DNA from: Minisyncoccota bacterium
GTDB lineage: Bacteria; Patescibacteriota; Minisyncoccia; Phycocordibacterales; DASZYS01
DNA: 30,771 nucleotides
Direction: 5' to 3'
NCBI GenBank assembly: GCA_035545295.1
Contig: DASZYS010000016.1
Location: 1 to 30,771, forward strand
Under the pieces are notes generated by a model. It was not told where the DNA came from. It did no database searches and was given only the letters and a program-made list of their open reading frames with translations. This document shows, one piece after another, positions 1 through 6,966 of this stretch. The translations under genes and the position numbers were made by a program. How positions within the stretch are numbered: position 1 is the stretch's first letter; each line of letters opens with the position of its first letter.

Positions 1-213
1 CGCATCCTCCACACAAAAAAAGAAATCGAGGAACTCGGAAAAGCCGAGGCTCAAAAGGGATTGACAATAGTGCCATTTTCGCTGTATAATAAAGGACGGA
101 AAATCAAGGTTGAAGTGAATATCGTCCGCGGCCGTAAGAAGTACGACAAACGCGACGTCTTGAAGAAAAGAGATACCGAGCGGGAAATACGTCGGGAATA
201 CTCGGACAGATAG
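1..213 (+). CDS. smpB: SsrA-binding protein SmpB, 3' part (5' truncated by window edge)
   Basis: Frame 1 reads RILHTKKEIEELGKAEAQKGLTIVPFSLYNKGRKIKVEVNIVRGRKKYDKRDVLKKRDTEREIRREYSDR*. This has the SmpB GLTIVP and GRKKYDKR..KKRD motifs, and the tmRNA gene follows. Confidence 0.96.
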   Translation, partial: RILHTKKEIEELGKAEAQKGLTIVPFSLYNKGRKIKVEVNIVRGRKKYDKRDVLKKRDTEREIRREYSDR

Positions 214-324
214 TTGTTTGAAAAACAGACTCAAAGGTCATTCACCTAAAGCAGGGAAACGCGAGTTTTCAGTTGCTAGTTTCTAGAAACTAGCAACTAA
301 TCACTAGCAACTTCCCTTTTTCAG

Positions 325-723
325 GGGGATGATCGGCCTAGACAATCGGCGAGCTCTCATATGCGCAAAGCGGAGCATTCCTCTAATCTCCTTAATCCTC
401 GAGGAAAAAATAACTGCAAACAATTCTGTTGCATCTGCTAAGTCTGTGAAGTCTCCGTACTTCGCGTCTAACGATTTGGCATTCGCCTACGCATTAGCGT
501 AAGCGACGCCGCATATTCCGAAGTCTGTAAGGGATACGTAGGTGGAATAATTCCGGACTAGGACAGGAAGGACACCTCGCCTTTCTTCCAAACCAAAGAG
601 GCTAACGATTGCGGAATTTCGTTCGTTTAATACCCGCAATCGCTACAACTAAGCGAACTATGCTTTGTAGACCCATATGTTTCTCCCTTTTGCACCCGAG
701 TTCGATTCTCGGCATCTCCACCA
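325..723 (+). ncRNA. ssrA: tmRNA (one-piece, 399 nt)
   Basis: 5' GGGGATG pairs with 3' CATCTCC followed by ACCA (G3-U70 wobble present). T-arm is CCGAG-TTCGATT-CTCGG. Resume context is ATAACT-GCA at 416 and the tag ORF ends at TAA 500-502. Adjacent to smpB. Confidence 0.95.
416..502 (+). other. tmRNA tag reading frame, ANNSVASAKSVKSPYFASNDLAFAYALA* (28 codons)
   Basis: GCA resume codon after ATAACT and an Ala/aromatic-rich C-terminus ending in ALA-stop. Confidence 0.85.
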
Positions 724-765
724 CTTCGCTCTGTAAGAACAGAGCTTCGCGGTGCAGGCACCACC

Positions 766-800
766 ACAAAAAACATCATCTGCTACGATGGTGTTTTTGT
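766..800 (+). terminator. Intrinsic terminator after tmRNA
   Basis: AAAAAACATCATC-TGCTAC-GATGGTGTTTTT hairpin with T tract. Confidence 0.75.
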
Positions 801-864
801 TATACACAAGAGCGAGGTGTCCCGCGTAGCTTTTCTTTTAAAAGCGTAGTGGGATAATTTTCTT

Positions 865-1104
865 ATGCATTATTGTTATATTTTAAAAAGCACAAAAGAT
901 AGTAGTTATTATATTGGTTCGACCCAAGACCTTAAAAAGCGACTAGAAAAACATAATCGCAAAGAGGTGACATATTCTTCCACTAGAGCGCCGTTTAAAA
1001 TCGCATGGTATGCAGCGTTTCAAACAAAAGATTTAGCCCTGGCATTTGAAAAGTATTTGAAATCTAGTTCTGGCTTCGCTTTTCGCAACAAGCGCCTAAT
1101 TTAG
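865..1104 (+). CDS. Small GIY-YIG nuclease family protein (79 aa)
   Basis: YCYIL...YYIGST.DL..RL..HN and a C-terminal A..FEKYLKS..G pattern typical of stand-alone GIY-YIG proteins. AT-rich codons. Confidence 0.9.
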   Translation: MHYCYILKSTKDSSYYIGSTQDLKKRLEKHNRKEVTYSSTRAPFKIAWYAAFQTKDLALAFEKYLKSSSGFAFRNKRLI

Positions 1105-1168
1105 CAATTTTGGAGCCGCAAGGCGAACAAAATACTTAGTAACTCGTGACCAATTCTCCCTTCCTCTT

Positions 1169-2050
1169 TTACCCTCCCGACTGAGTTTCTGTCTCTGGCG
1201 CATTGCAGACCAGAACGGTCGAGGCGGTGTCGTTTTCATCGAGAACGACCACCGTCACATGATCTCCGATCTTCAAATCGGATTCGGGTATGGGGCCCGC
1301 TGAATTCCTGATGTCCGTTTGAGCCGTAAGATTGATGGTTTGAATGACGCCGTCCTGCCGTTTGATGGTAATCGCGTTGGCTTCCTCATCAACGATCTCT
1401 CCCGTGCCGCCCGTGCCTCCGCACGGATCGCCGCTTTGAGGAATTGCGCCTTCTTGCTCATTGCCCGCACCCCCAAACTGACCGGCGTCACCGCCGTCTG
1501 GAACTATCAACGGTTCCCCATGCGGATAAATAGCGTAGAACGCACCTGCGGCCGCCCCAATAACTACGATTGCCGCAACAATTATATGTACGTATTTCCT
1601 CTCGCGCACCCACTTTGCGAGAATGAGATACGCCGCAAAGCCCACCATAACGCCAAGCGCATTGAGTATCACGTCATCAATATCAAAGATGCCTACGCGG
1701 AGCGCCGTTTGCATCGTTTCGATGAGCAAGCCCGCGGTGACGGCAACCGCGAGGGTCTTTTTCCACGTTATATTCCGAAATGCAAACGAGAGAAGAAACC
1801 CCAATGGCACAAGGAGCGCGATGTTGCCGACAAGATTGATACCCGCGATAATCCATCCCTTATAACCGAGGAGATATGGCAAGATAGTCTTGAACGGCAC
1901 GAAATTTGCCGGTTTGCCTGATTCCGTTCCGCCAAAATTAAGCATCAACTGCCCTACCCTGATGGCCGGCACAGCCTTAAACACCATCACCTTGATCAAG
2001 ACGGTACCGTAGGCGATGAGAACCAGTGCTCCGATCAAACGCTTCTTCAT
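1169..2050 (-). CDS. VanZ-family membrane protein fused to a C-terminal extracytoplasmic beta domain (DUF5666-like)
   Basis: NFVPFKTI, NLVGNIALLVPLG, IETMQ and GIFDIDDVILNALG are VanZ-like motifs. An extra TM helix and Gly-rich linker precede a beta-rich domain with two Cys. Confidence 0.8.
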   Translation of the reverse strand: MKKRLIGALVLIAYGTVLIKVMVFKAVPAIRVGQLMLNFGGTESGKPANFVPFKTILPYLLGYKGWIIAGINLVGNIALLVPLGFLLSFAFRNITWKKTLAVAVTAGLLIETMQTALRVGIFDIDDVILNALGVMVGFAAYLILAKWVRERKYVHIIVAAIVVIGAAAGAFYAIYPHGEPLIVPDGGDAGQFGGAGNEQEGAIPQSGDPCGGTGGTGEIVDEEANAITIKRQDGVIQTINLTAQTDIRNSAGPIPESDLKIGDHVTVVVLDENDTASTVLVCNAPETETQSGG

Positions 2051-2119
2051 ATCGTAATGATATCAGTTCCTGATATCTCCTTCTTTACTTCTGGTTTGTG
2101 AAACAGAATCGTATAAATT

Positions 2120-2776
2120 TTATTGCAATTCAAACGAATCGATCATTCGCTCAGCAACATCATCATTAAGAGGATAATGGATCATTATTTTTTCACCGGA
2201 TTTGTTTTCGACGAAAACAAAGTTAAACACAGTCCCTTCTTTTCCTAAACTGTATCCTCCAGCCAAACCTTGGCTGAAACTTTTAGTTAACGTGAATGAA
2301 TAAGCTTTTTGACCTTCAAGATCTATTTCGTTTAACCCCCCTACTTTTTTGTTTTTTGTATAGGGATTGGTATCATCAAGTTGCATCTGTCGAATTGACT
2401 CAGCAAATTGAAAAAGTGGAAGCATGATAAGTTTATTTCGTTCCTCAGTGAGTGCTTTTGGTGCATTTTGAAAAGGTAGATAAATTGTTGCCCCAAACTT
2501 TTCCCCCACGCCTGGTATTTCTATAATTATATCATCCGATTGTTCAACAGGTTTACCTTCCATTTCTGCTACCGGCTGAACTGCGGCATCTTCCGGGTAT
2601 GACACTGCATACCCATGTGCAACGTTCTGATATGTTTTCCAATCCTGAGTTTGCGGTACTTCAGACTTTAAGAGAACACCATTTGTGCCTGGGCCTCCAT
2701 GCCATGCGAGCAATCCGAGTGAAATGACTCCGAGTAAAATTATGAGACTGAGTACGATTTTATTCTTCTTATTCAT
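2120..2776 (-). CDS. Membrane-anchored or secreted hypothetical protein (PsbP-like WKTY..GY..SYP motif)
   Basis: Basic N-terminus plus hydrophobic helix, then DWKTYQNVAHGYAVSYPED. AT-rich. Confidence 0.7.
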   Translation of the reverse strand: MNKKNKIVLSLIILLGVISLGLLAWHGGPGTNGVLLKSEVPQTQDWKTYQNVAHGYAVSYPEDAAVQPVAEMEGKPVEQSDDIIIEIPGVGEKFGATIYLPFQNAPKALTEERNKLIMLPLFQFAESIRQMQLDDTNPYTKNKKVGGLNEIDLEGQKAYSFTLTKSFSQGLAGGYSLGKEGTVFNFVFVENKSGEKIMIHYPLNDDVAERMIDSFELQ

Positions 2777-2811
2777 GGAAAAAGTATACGCAAACTACAT
2801 AGCAGAAGCAA

Positions 2812-2843
2812 TTAAAAAGAGCGACAGGGATATACCCTGCCGC
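2812..2843 (-). terminator. Intrinsic terminator of the M23 gene
   Basis: Minus strand GCGGCAGGG-TATAT-CCCTGTCGC-TCTTTTT. Confidence 0.75.
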
Positions 2844-2858
2844 GTTTTTGATACCACA

Positions 2859-4082
2859 CTAATAAGTGCGATTTGTTGAATGATAGTAACGAATTCTACT
2901 GGTGGGGACACCGCTACTATTCACTGCACATTCTGTTTGGAAGCTCTTCATGAGCCAGCCGTCCATAACAACATATGAAAGTTGCGATACACTTGAGCTG
3001 CCTGAATCCGCATACCGAATACCGAAGTGCAGGTGAGTTCCGGTTGTTGGATTGCCCGTGTTACCCATGTACCCAAGAAGATCTCCTTGTGCAACAGTAC
3101 TATTTTGAACTACTACAACATTAGACTGAAGGTGAAGATAGCGAGTGGAAAATCCTGTGCCAAGATTTCCATCACCATCATGATCTATCACTACGTAATA
3201 CCCATTCGCATCGGTATACGAAACAGTTTTGACATATCCTCCAGCTGCGGCAATCACTGGTATATTGCCGGTGTACGATCCGCCACCATCTTTCACATTT
3301 GTAGGTGAAATATCAATGGCGTAGTAATTCGAGCCTTGGTGATATGGATCTGGCCATGGTGATTCACCCATACATTCGTACCCACCAATTTCATTTGTAA
3401 GCAGCCATTTCGCACCCCCAGGCACCGGCATCTTGAAACTTGGCATTCCAGAGGGTTGTGTGAATGTGAATTCCAAATACGGCCGATCGCCATCATTAGT
3501 GGTATATCGGGAGCTCCGTAATACATCAAAGTTGTTATTGTTGTATTCCGGAGAAAGTGCAATTCCATTGTTTGTTACTGTGCCGTTTTTCCATTCTGCA
3601 TACCAAGGGGTAAAATCTACTCCCCACCAACCACCGGCAATTGGTGCATCGAACCAACCTGCACAGGTGAGGAACGAAGGTCGCGCTGACCATGTGAGTG
3701 ATAAATTCCACGAACCGCCGACTTTGCAAAAAGCTAGCGGCGTAGTGGTTGAACTGTCCCCTCTGTTGTAAGCCTTAAACCATATTGTTACCGCTGATGG
3801 ATTAGCAGGCAAGCCATTGAGGTCGAATTTGATATAGGTCTCGTAGACATCTCCCCAACCACCCATCTGTAGTTTGTCATCTCTTTGAAGAGTCTGACCA
3901 TAGTAATAGCTTGGCAACCAGCCGTCCCAAAGATGGATTTTTTCAAGATCCTGAGGCATTGCACTGCCATCAGACTTCTTGAGTGGGAAAGGAGTTAGTT
4001 GGTAATACGCAGTGGTTTGAGCGTCTGCTTGTGTAACTACTAGCAAGCAGAAAAGAAACGCGACAGATAAAGCAGCTTTCAT
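2859..4082 (-). CDS. Secreted DNRLRE-domain plus M23 metallopeptidase protein
   Basis: Start moved to ATG 4082 (AGGAAGG upstream, signal peptide MKAALSVAFLFCLLVVTQADAQ). The N-terminal part has ETYIKFDL..LP / W..LTW..RP / NNGIAL / RPYLEFTF (DNRLRE-like). The C-terminal part has H..AIDI, VIAAAGG.V, TRYLHL, MGNTG and HLHF (M23). Confidence 0.85.
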   Translation of the reverse strand: MKAALSVAFLFCLLVVTQADAQTTAYYQLTPFPLKKSDGSAMPQDLEKIHLWDGWLPSYYYGQTLQRDDKLQMGGWGDVYETYIKFDLNGLPANPSAVTIWFKAYNRGDSSTTTPLAFCKVGGSWNLSLTWSARPSFLTCAGWFDAPIAGGWWGVDFTPWYAEWKNGTVTNNGIALSPEYNNNNFDVLRSSRYTTNDGDRPYLEFTFTQPSGMPSFKMPVPGGAKWLLTNEIGGYECMGESPWPDPYHQGSNYYAIDISPTNVKDGGGSYTGNIPVIAAAGGYVKTVSYTDANGYYVVIDHDGDGNLGTGFSTRYLHLQSNVVVVQNSTVAQGDLLGYMGNTGNPTTGTHLHFGIRYADSGSSSVSQLSYVVMDGWLMKSFQTECAVNSSGVPTSRIRYYHSTNRTY

Positions 4083-4224
4083 TTTGTACAACCTTCCTAT
4101 AAAAGAACTTCCTATGCATAAAGCATAGGACTGTACCAATTTTCTTGACACATTCGAGAGATAATTTTACTCTACTTTGTTTAGCTCATCAATAGAGTCT
4201 TGAGTTGAAAACATGAAGACAGCG

Positions 4225-4253
4225 AAAAAAACCGCCCTTTTGGACGGTTTTTC
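4225..4253. terminator. Probable bidirectional intrinsic terminator
   Basis: AAAAAAACCG-CCCTTTTGGA-CGGTTTTT, just downstream of the 4279 gene. Confidence 0.7.
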
Positions 4254-4278
4254 TCTAAATTTCCAAAGTTTGATTTTC

Positions 4279-5106
4279 CTATTGTCCCGATGCGGCGGGA
4301 ACCTTCGGCGTAGTTGCCGTCGGGCCGGTGATCTCGAACTTCACCGAATTGCTCATTGCCTGCATGTTCGCGACCGAGACTTCATACGTGCCCGGCTTAA
4401 AGAGCATGTAGATCATTGGACACATCATGCCGGGGCCGCAGTAGACGCCGGAGCCCTCCGGAACCCTGAACGAAAGCGTGGTGCTCGACTCGACGTCGAT
4501 ATCGGTTACCTGGCCGGTGCCGAATTTGACGCGCGTGGTCGACGCGAAGCCGCTGCCGGTAAGCGTTACTTTGGTGCCGATAGGGCCGAAGAGAGGCGAC
4601 ATCGAGACGATGGTCGGCGCGGTGGTCGTGCCGTTGCCCTGATCCCCTCCCGGCATGCAGGGGAAGATGAGCCTCAGGTGGGCCAAGGTCGAAGAGCCGA
4701 CAAAGCCTGTGCCCTGCGAGAGTCCGACGGGCGCGAGGATGTCCGCCTTGTATTTGTTCTGGAACTTGATGACCGCGCGAAGCGTCGCGGGGCCGAAGTA
4801 TGTGGTTTCGTTCCCCGGCGATCCCGCTCCCGACGTGGCTACCTGGGTGTCGGTAGCGGAATTGAGCATCATCTGGAGCTGTTTGACGTCGTCGCCCTGG
4901 AGTCCAGCTCTAAGGTTACGCGAGAGCGCGAAGCACGGCGCGTGGATCGCGATCGGCAAAATGGTTCCCGGTGCCCCTTTCAGATTCAGGCTCGCCGCGC
5001 CCGAGGAGCTTGCCGAACTCGCAGTTTGGGCATTCGCAAACGGCACGACCGCCGAGAAAGCGAGCGAAAGGGCGACTGCCCCAGCCGCAAAGGTTTTGTA
5101 ATTCAT
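4279..5106 (-). CDS. Secreted peptidoglycan-binding-domain plus IPT/TIG-domain protein
   Basis: Signal peptide MNYKTFAAGAVALSLAFSAVVPFANAQ. LSRNLRAGLQGDDVKQLQ..LN and YFGPATLRAVIKFQ (PG-binding type 1). PTIVSMSP..GPIGTKVTLTGSGF (IPT/TIG). Confidence 0.85.
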   Translation of the reverse strand: MNYKTFAAGAVALSLAFSAVVPFANAQTASSASSSGAASLNLKGAPGTILPIAIHAPCFALSRNLRAGLQGDDVKQLQMMLNSATDTQVATSGAGSPGNETTYFGPATLRAVIKFQNKYKADILAPVGLSQGTGFVGSSTLAHLRLIFPCMPGGDQGNGTTTAPTIVSMSPLFGPIGTKVTLTGSGFASTTRVKFGTGQVTDIDVESSTTLSFRVPEGSGVYCGPGMMCPMIYMLFKPGTYEVSVANMQAMSNSVKFEITGPTATTPKVPAASGQ

Positions 5107-5221
5107 ATGCACGAAAAAATAGGCTTCTACACCTGTATAGACGCACGGCGAGCGCAGGAGTTACGAACGTGCCTTTTGACAAACAGATTCAATGTGGCAA
5201 CATCACCACAGGAGAACATTC

Positions 5222-5479
5222 ATGACGGAAAAAGAACTCACGCTGGTTAAAGACGGCAATTGGAAATACTCTCCCGATGACTGCTATCTCGAGAGATCCG
5301 CTCCAGGCAGGCGGCGCCAACGAATCTTTCTCACTTCCAAGCCCGGGAAATATCGCCTTAACGCTTCAAACGGCTTCGAAGGCACCCTTCTCCGAGTCTT
5401 GCAGCACGCGAATTCGGTGTGGAATAACCCTCGGCGCCGCAAAAGAGTGAAGGCGGCACGCATCAGAGCCGCGGAATGA
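5222..5479 (+). CDS. Hypothetical basic protein (85 aa)
   Basis: CAGGAG lies upstream of ATG 5222 and a terminator follows the stop. No recognisable family. Confidence 0.65.
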   Translation: MTEKELTLVKDGNWKYSPDDCYLERSAPGRRRQRIFLTSKPGKYRLNASNGFEGTLLRVLQHANSVWNNPRRRKRVKAARIRAAE

Positions 5480-5492
5480 CCCGCGGCTTTTT
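5467..5492 (+). terminator. Intrinsic terminator
   Basis: AGCCGCGG-AATGAC-CCGCGGCT-TTTT. Confidence 0.75.
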
Positions 5493-5559
5493 AGTATTAC
5501 AACACGATTTGGAAACACTGCAATAACGAAAAGTGGTAAAATAATGCGGGGAGGAAAAA

Positions 5560-5847
5560 GTGCAAACTCTAGAGTTTTTGGACAAAGCGCTCCGGCCGCT
5601 TGGGCTGGAAATCCGGGAGGAAAACGGGTGCCTGATGCTCGAACGCCAGATCACCAAAAGATGGTGGAAGTTCAGCTTTCACACCAATAAAAGAGAGTTA
5701 ATCGGGCGTATCGCCCAAATCGACACTGACCACAACGGCCGCGTCTATGAAATAGACCTTGACCAGTGCGTCGACGACCCGCAAATCGTAAAGAAATTCC
5801 GCAGAGTTCTCTTCAGTGAGTACGGAATCTTAACCCTACTACACTGA
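5560..5847 (+). CDS. Hypothetical protein (95 aa, GTG start)
   Basis: GGGAGG upstream of GTG, TG-G-TAAAAT at 5534-5542 and a downstream terminator. Confidence 0.7.
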   Translation: MQTLEFLDKALRPLGLEIREENGCLMLERQITKRWWKFSFHTNKRELIGRIAQIDTDHNGRVYEIDLDQCVDDPQIVKKFRRVLFSEYGILTLLH

Positions 5848-5862
5848 AGAACGGCCGCTCGG

Positions 5863-5928
5863 ATGCCGCGACGCTATGTCGCGGCATTTTCATATATGCG
5901 AAAGCCGCGCGCCATTGGCGCGCGGCTT
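5863..5928. terminator. Back-to-back terminators between convergent genes
   Basis: ATGCCGCGAC/GTCGCGGCAT followed by TTT (5863-5890) and AAGCCGCGCGCC/GGCGCGCGGCTT (5902-5928). Confidence 0.75.
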
Positions 5929-5932
5929 CATG

Positions 5933-6703
5933 CTATTTCTTCTCTTGAGTGTCGCAGAAATGCGCAATGGCATCCCTCATAAATACCACAAGTCCGGGGC
6001 GATATTTGTCATAGGTCGCCGTAAAGCGGGGATCGTCGACGTACATTTTGCCCAAGTTGCGATACATTGCCATCGGGCAGTCGTAGAAGCGCCGGATGCC
6101 GGCATAGTGCTTCGCGATAAGCGCCTGGACTTCGGAGCTTTCGGTTCCCTGATCCATCGCTTTGGCAAGAGCTTGATTGAGCTCTTCCGTTTCCCGCTTG
6201 ATCGCGGCGAGATCGCCCTTGCTCATCTTGGCTACGCGGGCAGTCGACTGCTTGTAGGCCTCCGTGTGCCCCCACCTCCGCTTCACTTCTTCCGCATACT
6301 GGTCAACTTCGTCTGTCGAGAAGGAATTGTAGAGTTTGTCGTCTTCCATTTTCTTTTTTTTGCTCGTTTTATTTGCGAGGCTGATAATCGTCCGGTCGAT
6401 GGTCTTGAGAAGCCCGCCGAGGCGCTTGCGCCTCAACTCGATAAGCTTGCGCTGGTCGCGAAGCGCCTGGCGCACATCGAAATCCGGCGCATCGAGGATT
6501 TTCCTGATCTCGTCGAGCTCGAAATCGAGTTCGCGGAAAAACATGATCTGCTGGAGGCGGATCAGCTCCTTCTCGCCGTATTCGCGATAGCCGTTCGGGC
6601 GCACGGCGCCCGGGTTCAAGAGCCCGATTTCATCATAGAAATGGAGCGTGCGAACCGTAACTCCCGCCATGTCGGCCACCTGTTTGACGGTATATGTTTT
6701 CAT
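5933..6703 (-). CDS. MerR-family regulator with TipAS antibiotic-recognition domain (TipA/Mta-like)
   Basis: YTVKQVADMAGVTVRTLHFYDEIGLL and NGYREY (MerR HTH). EEVKRRWG.T.AYKQS and LGKMYVDDPRF..YD (TipAS). Confidence 0.92.
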   Translation of the reverse strand: MKTYTVKQVADMAGVTVRTLHFYDEIGLLNPGAVRPNGYREYGEKELIRLQQIMFFRELDFELDEIRKILDAPDFDVRQALRDQRKLIELRRKRLGGLLKTIDRTIISLANKTSKKKKMEDDKLYNSFSTDEVDQYAEEVKRRWGHTEAYKQSTARVAKMSKGDLAAIKRETEELNQALAKAMDQGTESSEVQALIAKHYAGIRRFYDCPMAMYRNLGKMYVDDPRFTATYDKYRPGLVVFMRDAIAHFCDTQEKK

Positions 6704-6714
6704 ATACGCACTCT

Positions 6715-6745
6715 ACCATAAACTATTACATTACGTAATAGTCAA
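6715..6745 (-). promoter_or_regulatory. MerR-type promoter with 19-bp spacer and dyad operator
   Basis: Minus strand TTGACT-19 nt-TATGGT. The dyad CTATTAC-N5-GTAATAG (6723-6741) lies in the spacer. Confidence 0.85.
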
Positions 6746-6834
6746 GCAATTACTCCTTTCATTCCCCACCGGCGTCTACAGCGGGTGTCAAAAACGCTCT
6801 GACGAGCCAGTAACGGAAAACACACTTCCTGCTC

Positions 6835-6886
6835 GCACTACGTACTGAAAAACTCCCGCTGTCGGGAGTTTTTCAGTACGTAGTGC
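6835..6886 (-). terminator. 24-bp perfect hairpin after tRNA-Val
   Basis: GCACTACGTACTGAAAAACTCCCG-CTGT-CGGGAGTTTTTCAGTACGTAGTGC. Confidence 0.7.
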
Positions 6887-6957
6887 ATCCTGCAGAATTC
6901 GAATCTGCGACCTCACCCGTGTGAAGGGTGCGCTCTAACCAGCTGAGCTAAGGATGC
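6884..6957 (-). tRNA. tRNA-Val(CAC), CCA not encoded
   Basis: GCATCCT TA GCTC AGCTGGTTA GAGC G CACCC TTCACAC GGGTG AGGTC GCAGA TTCGAAT TCTGC AGGATGC A. Confidence 0.95.
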
Positions 6958-6966
6958 ATTTTTCGT

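Noticed and set aside
751-767. GGCACCACCAC as a possible duplicated tmRNA 3' end (attR)
   Set aside because: The match to GGCATCTCCACCA is too short and imperfect to support.
609-857. 82-aa plus-strand ORF
   Set aside because: It overlaps the tmRNA 3' half and terminator, and the protein has no recognisable features.
4213-6721. Long plus-strand ORFs 4213-5250, 4655-5101 and 5876-6721
   Set aside because: These are antisense shadows of GC3-rich real genes (PG-binding protein and MerR).
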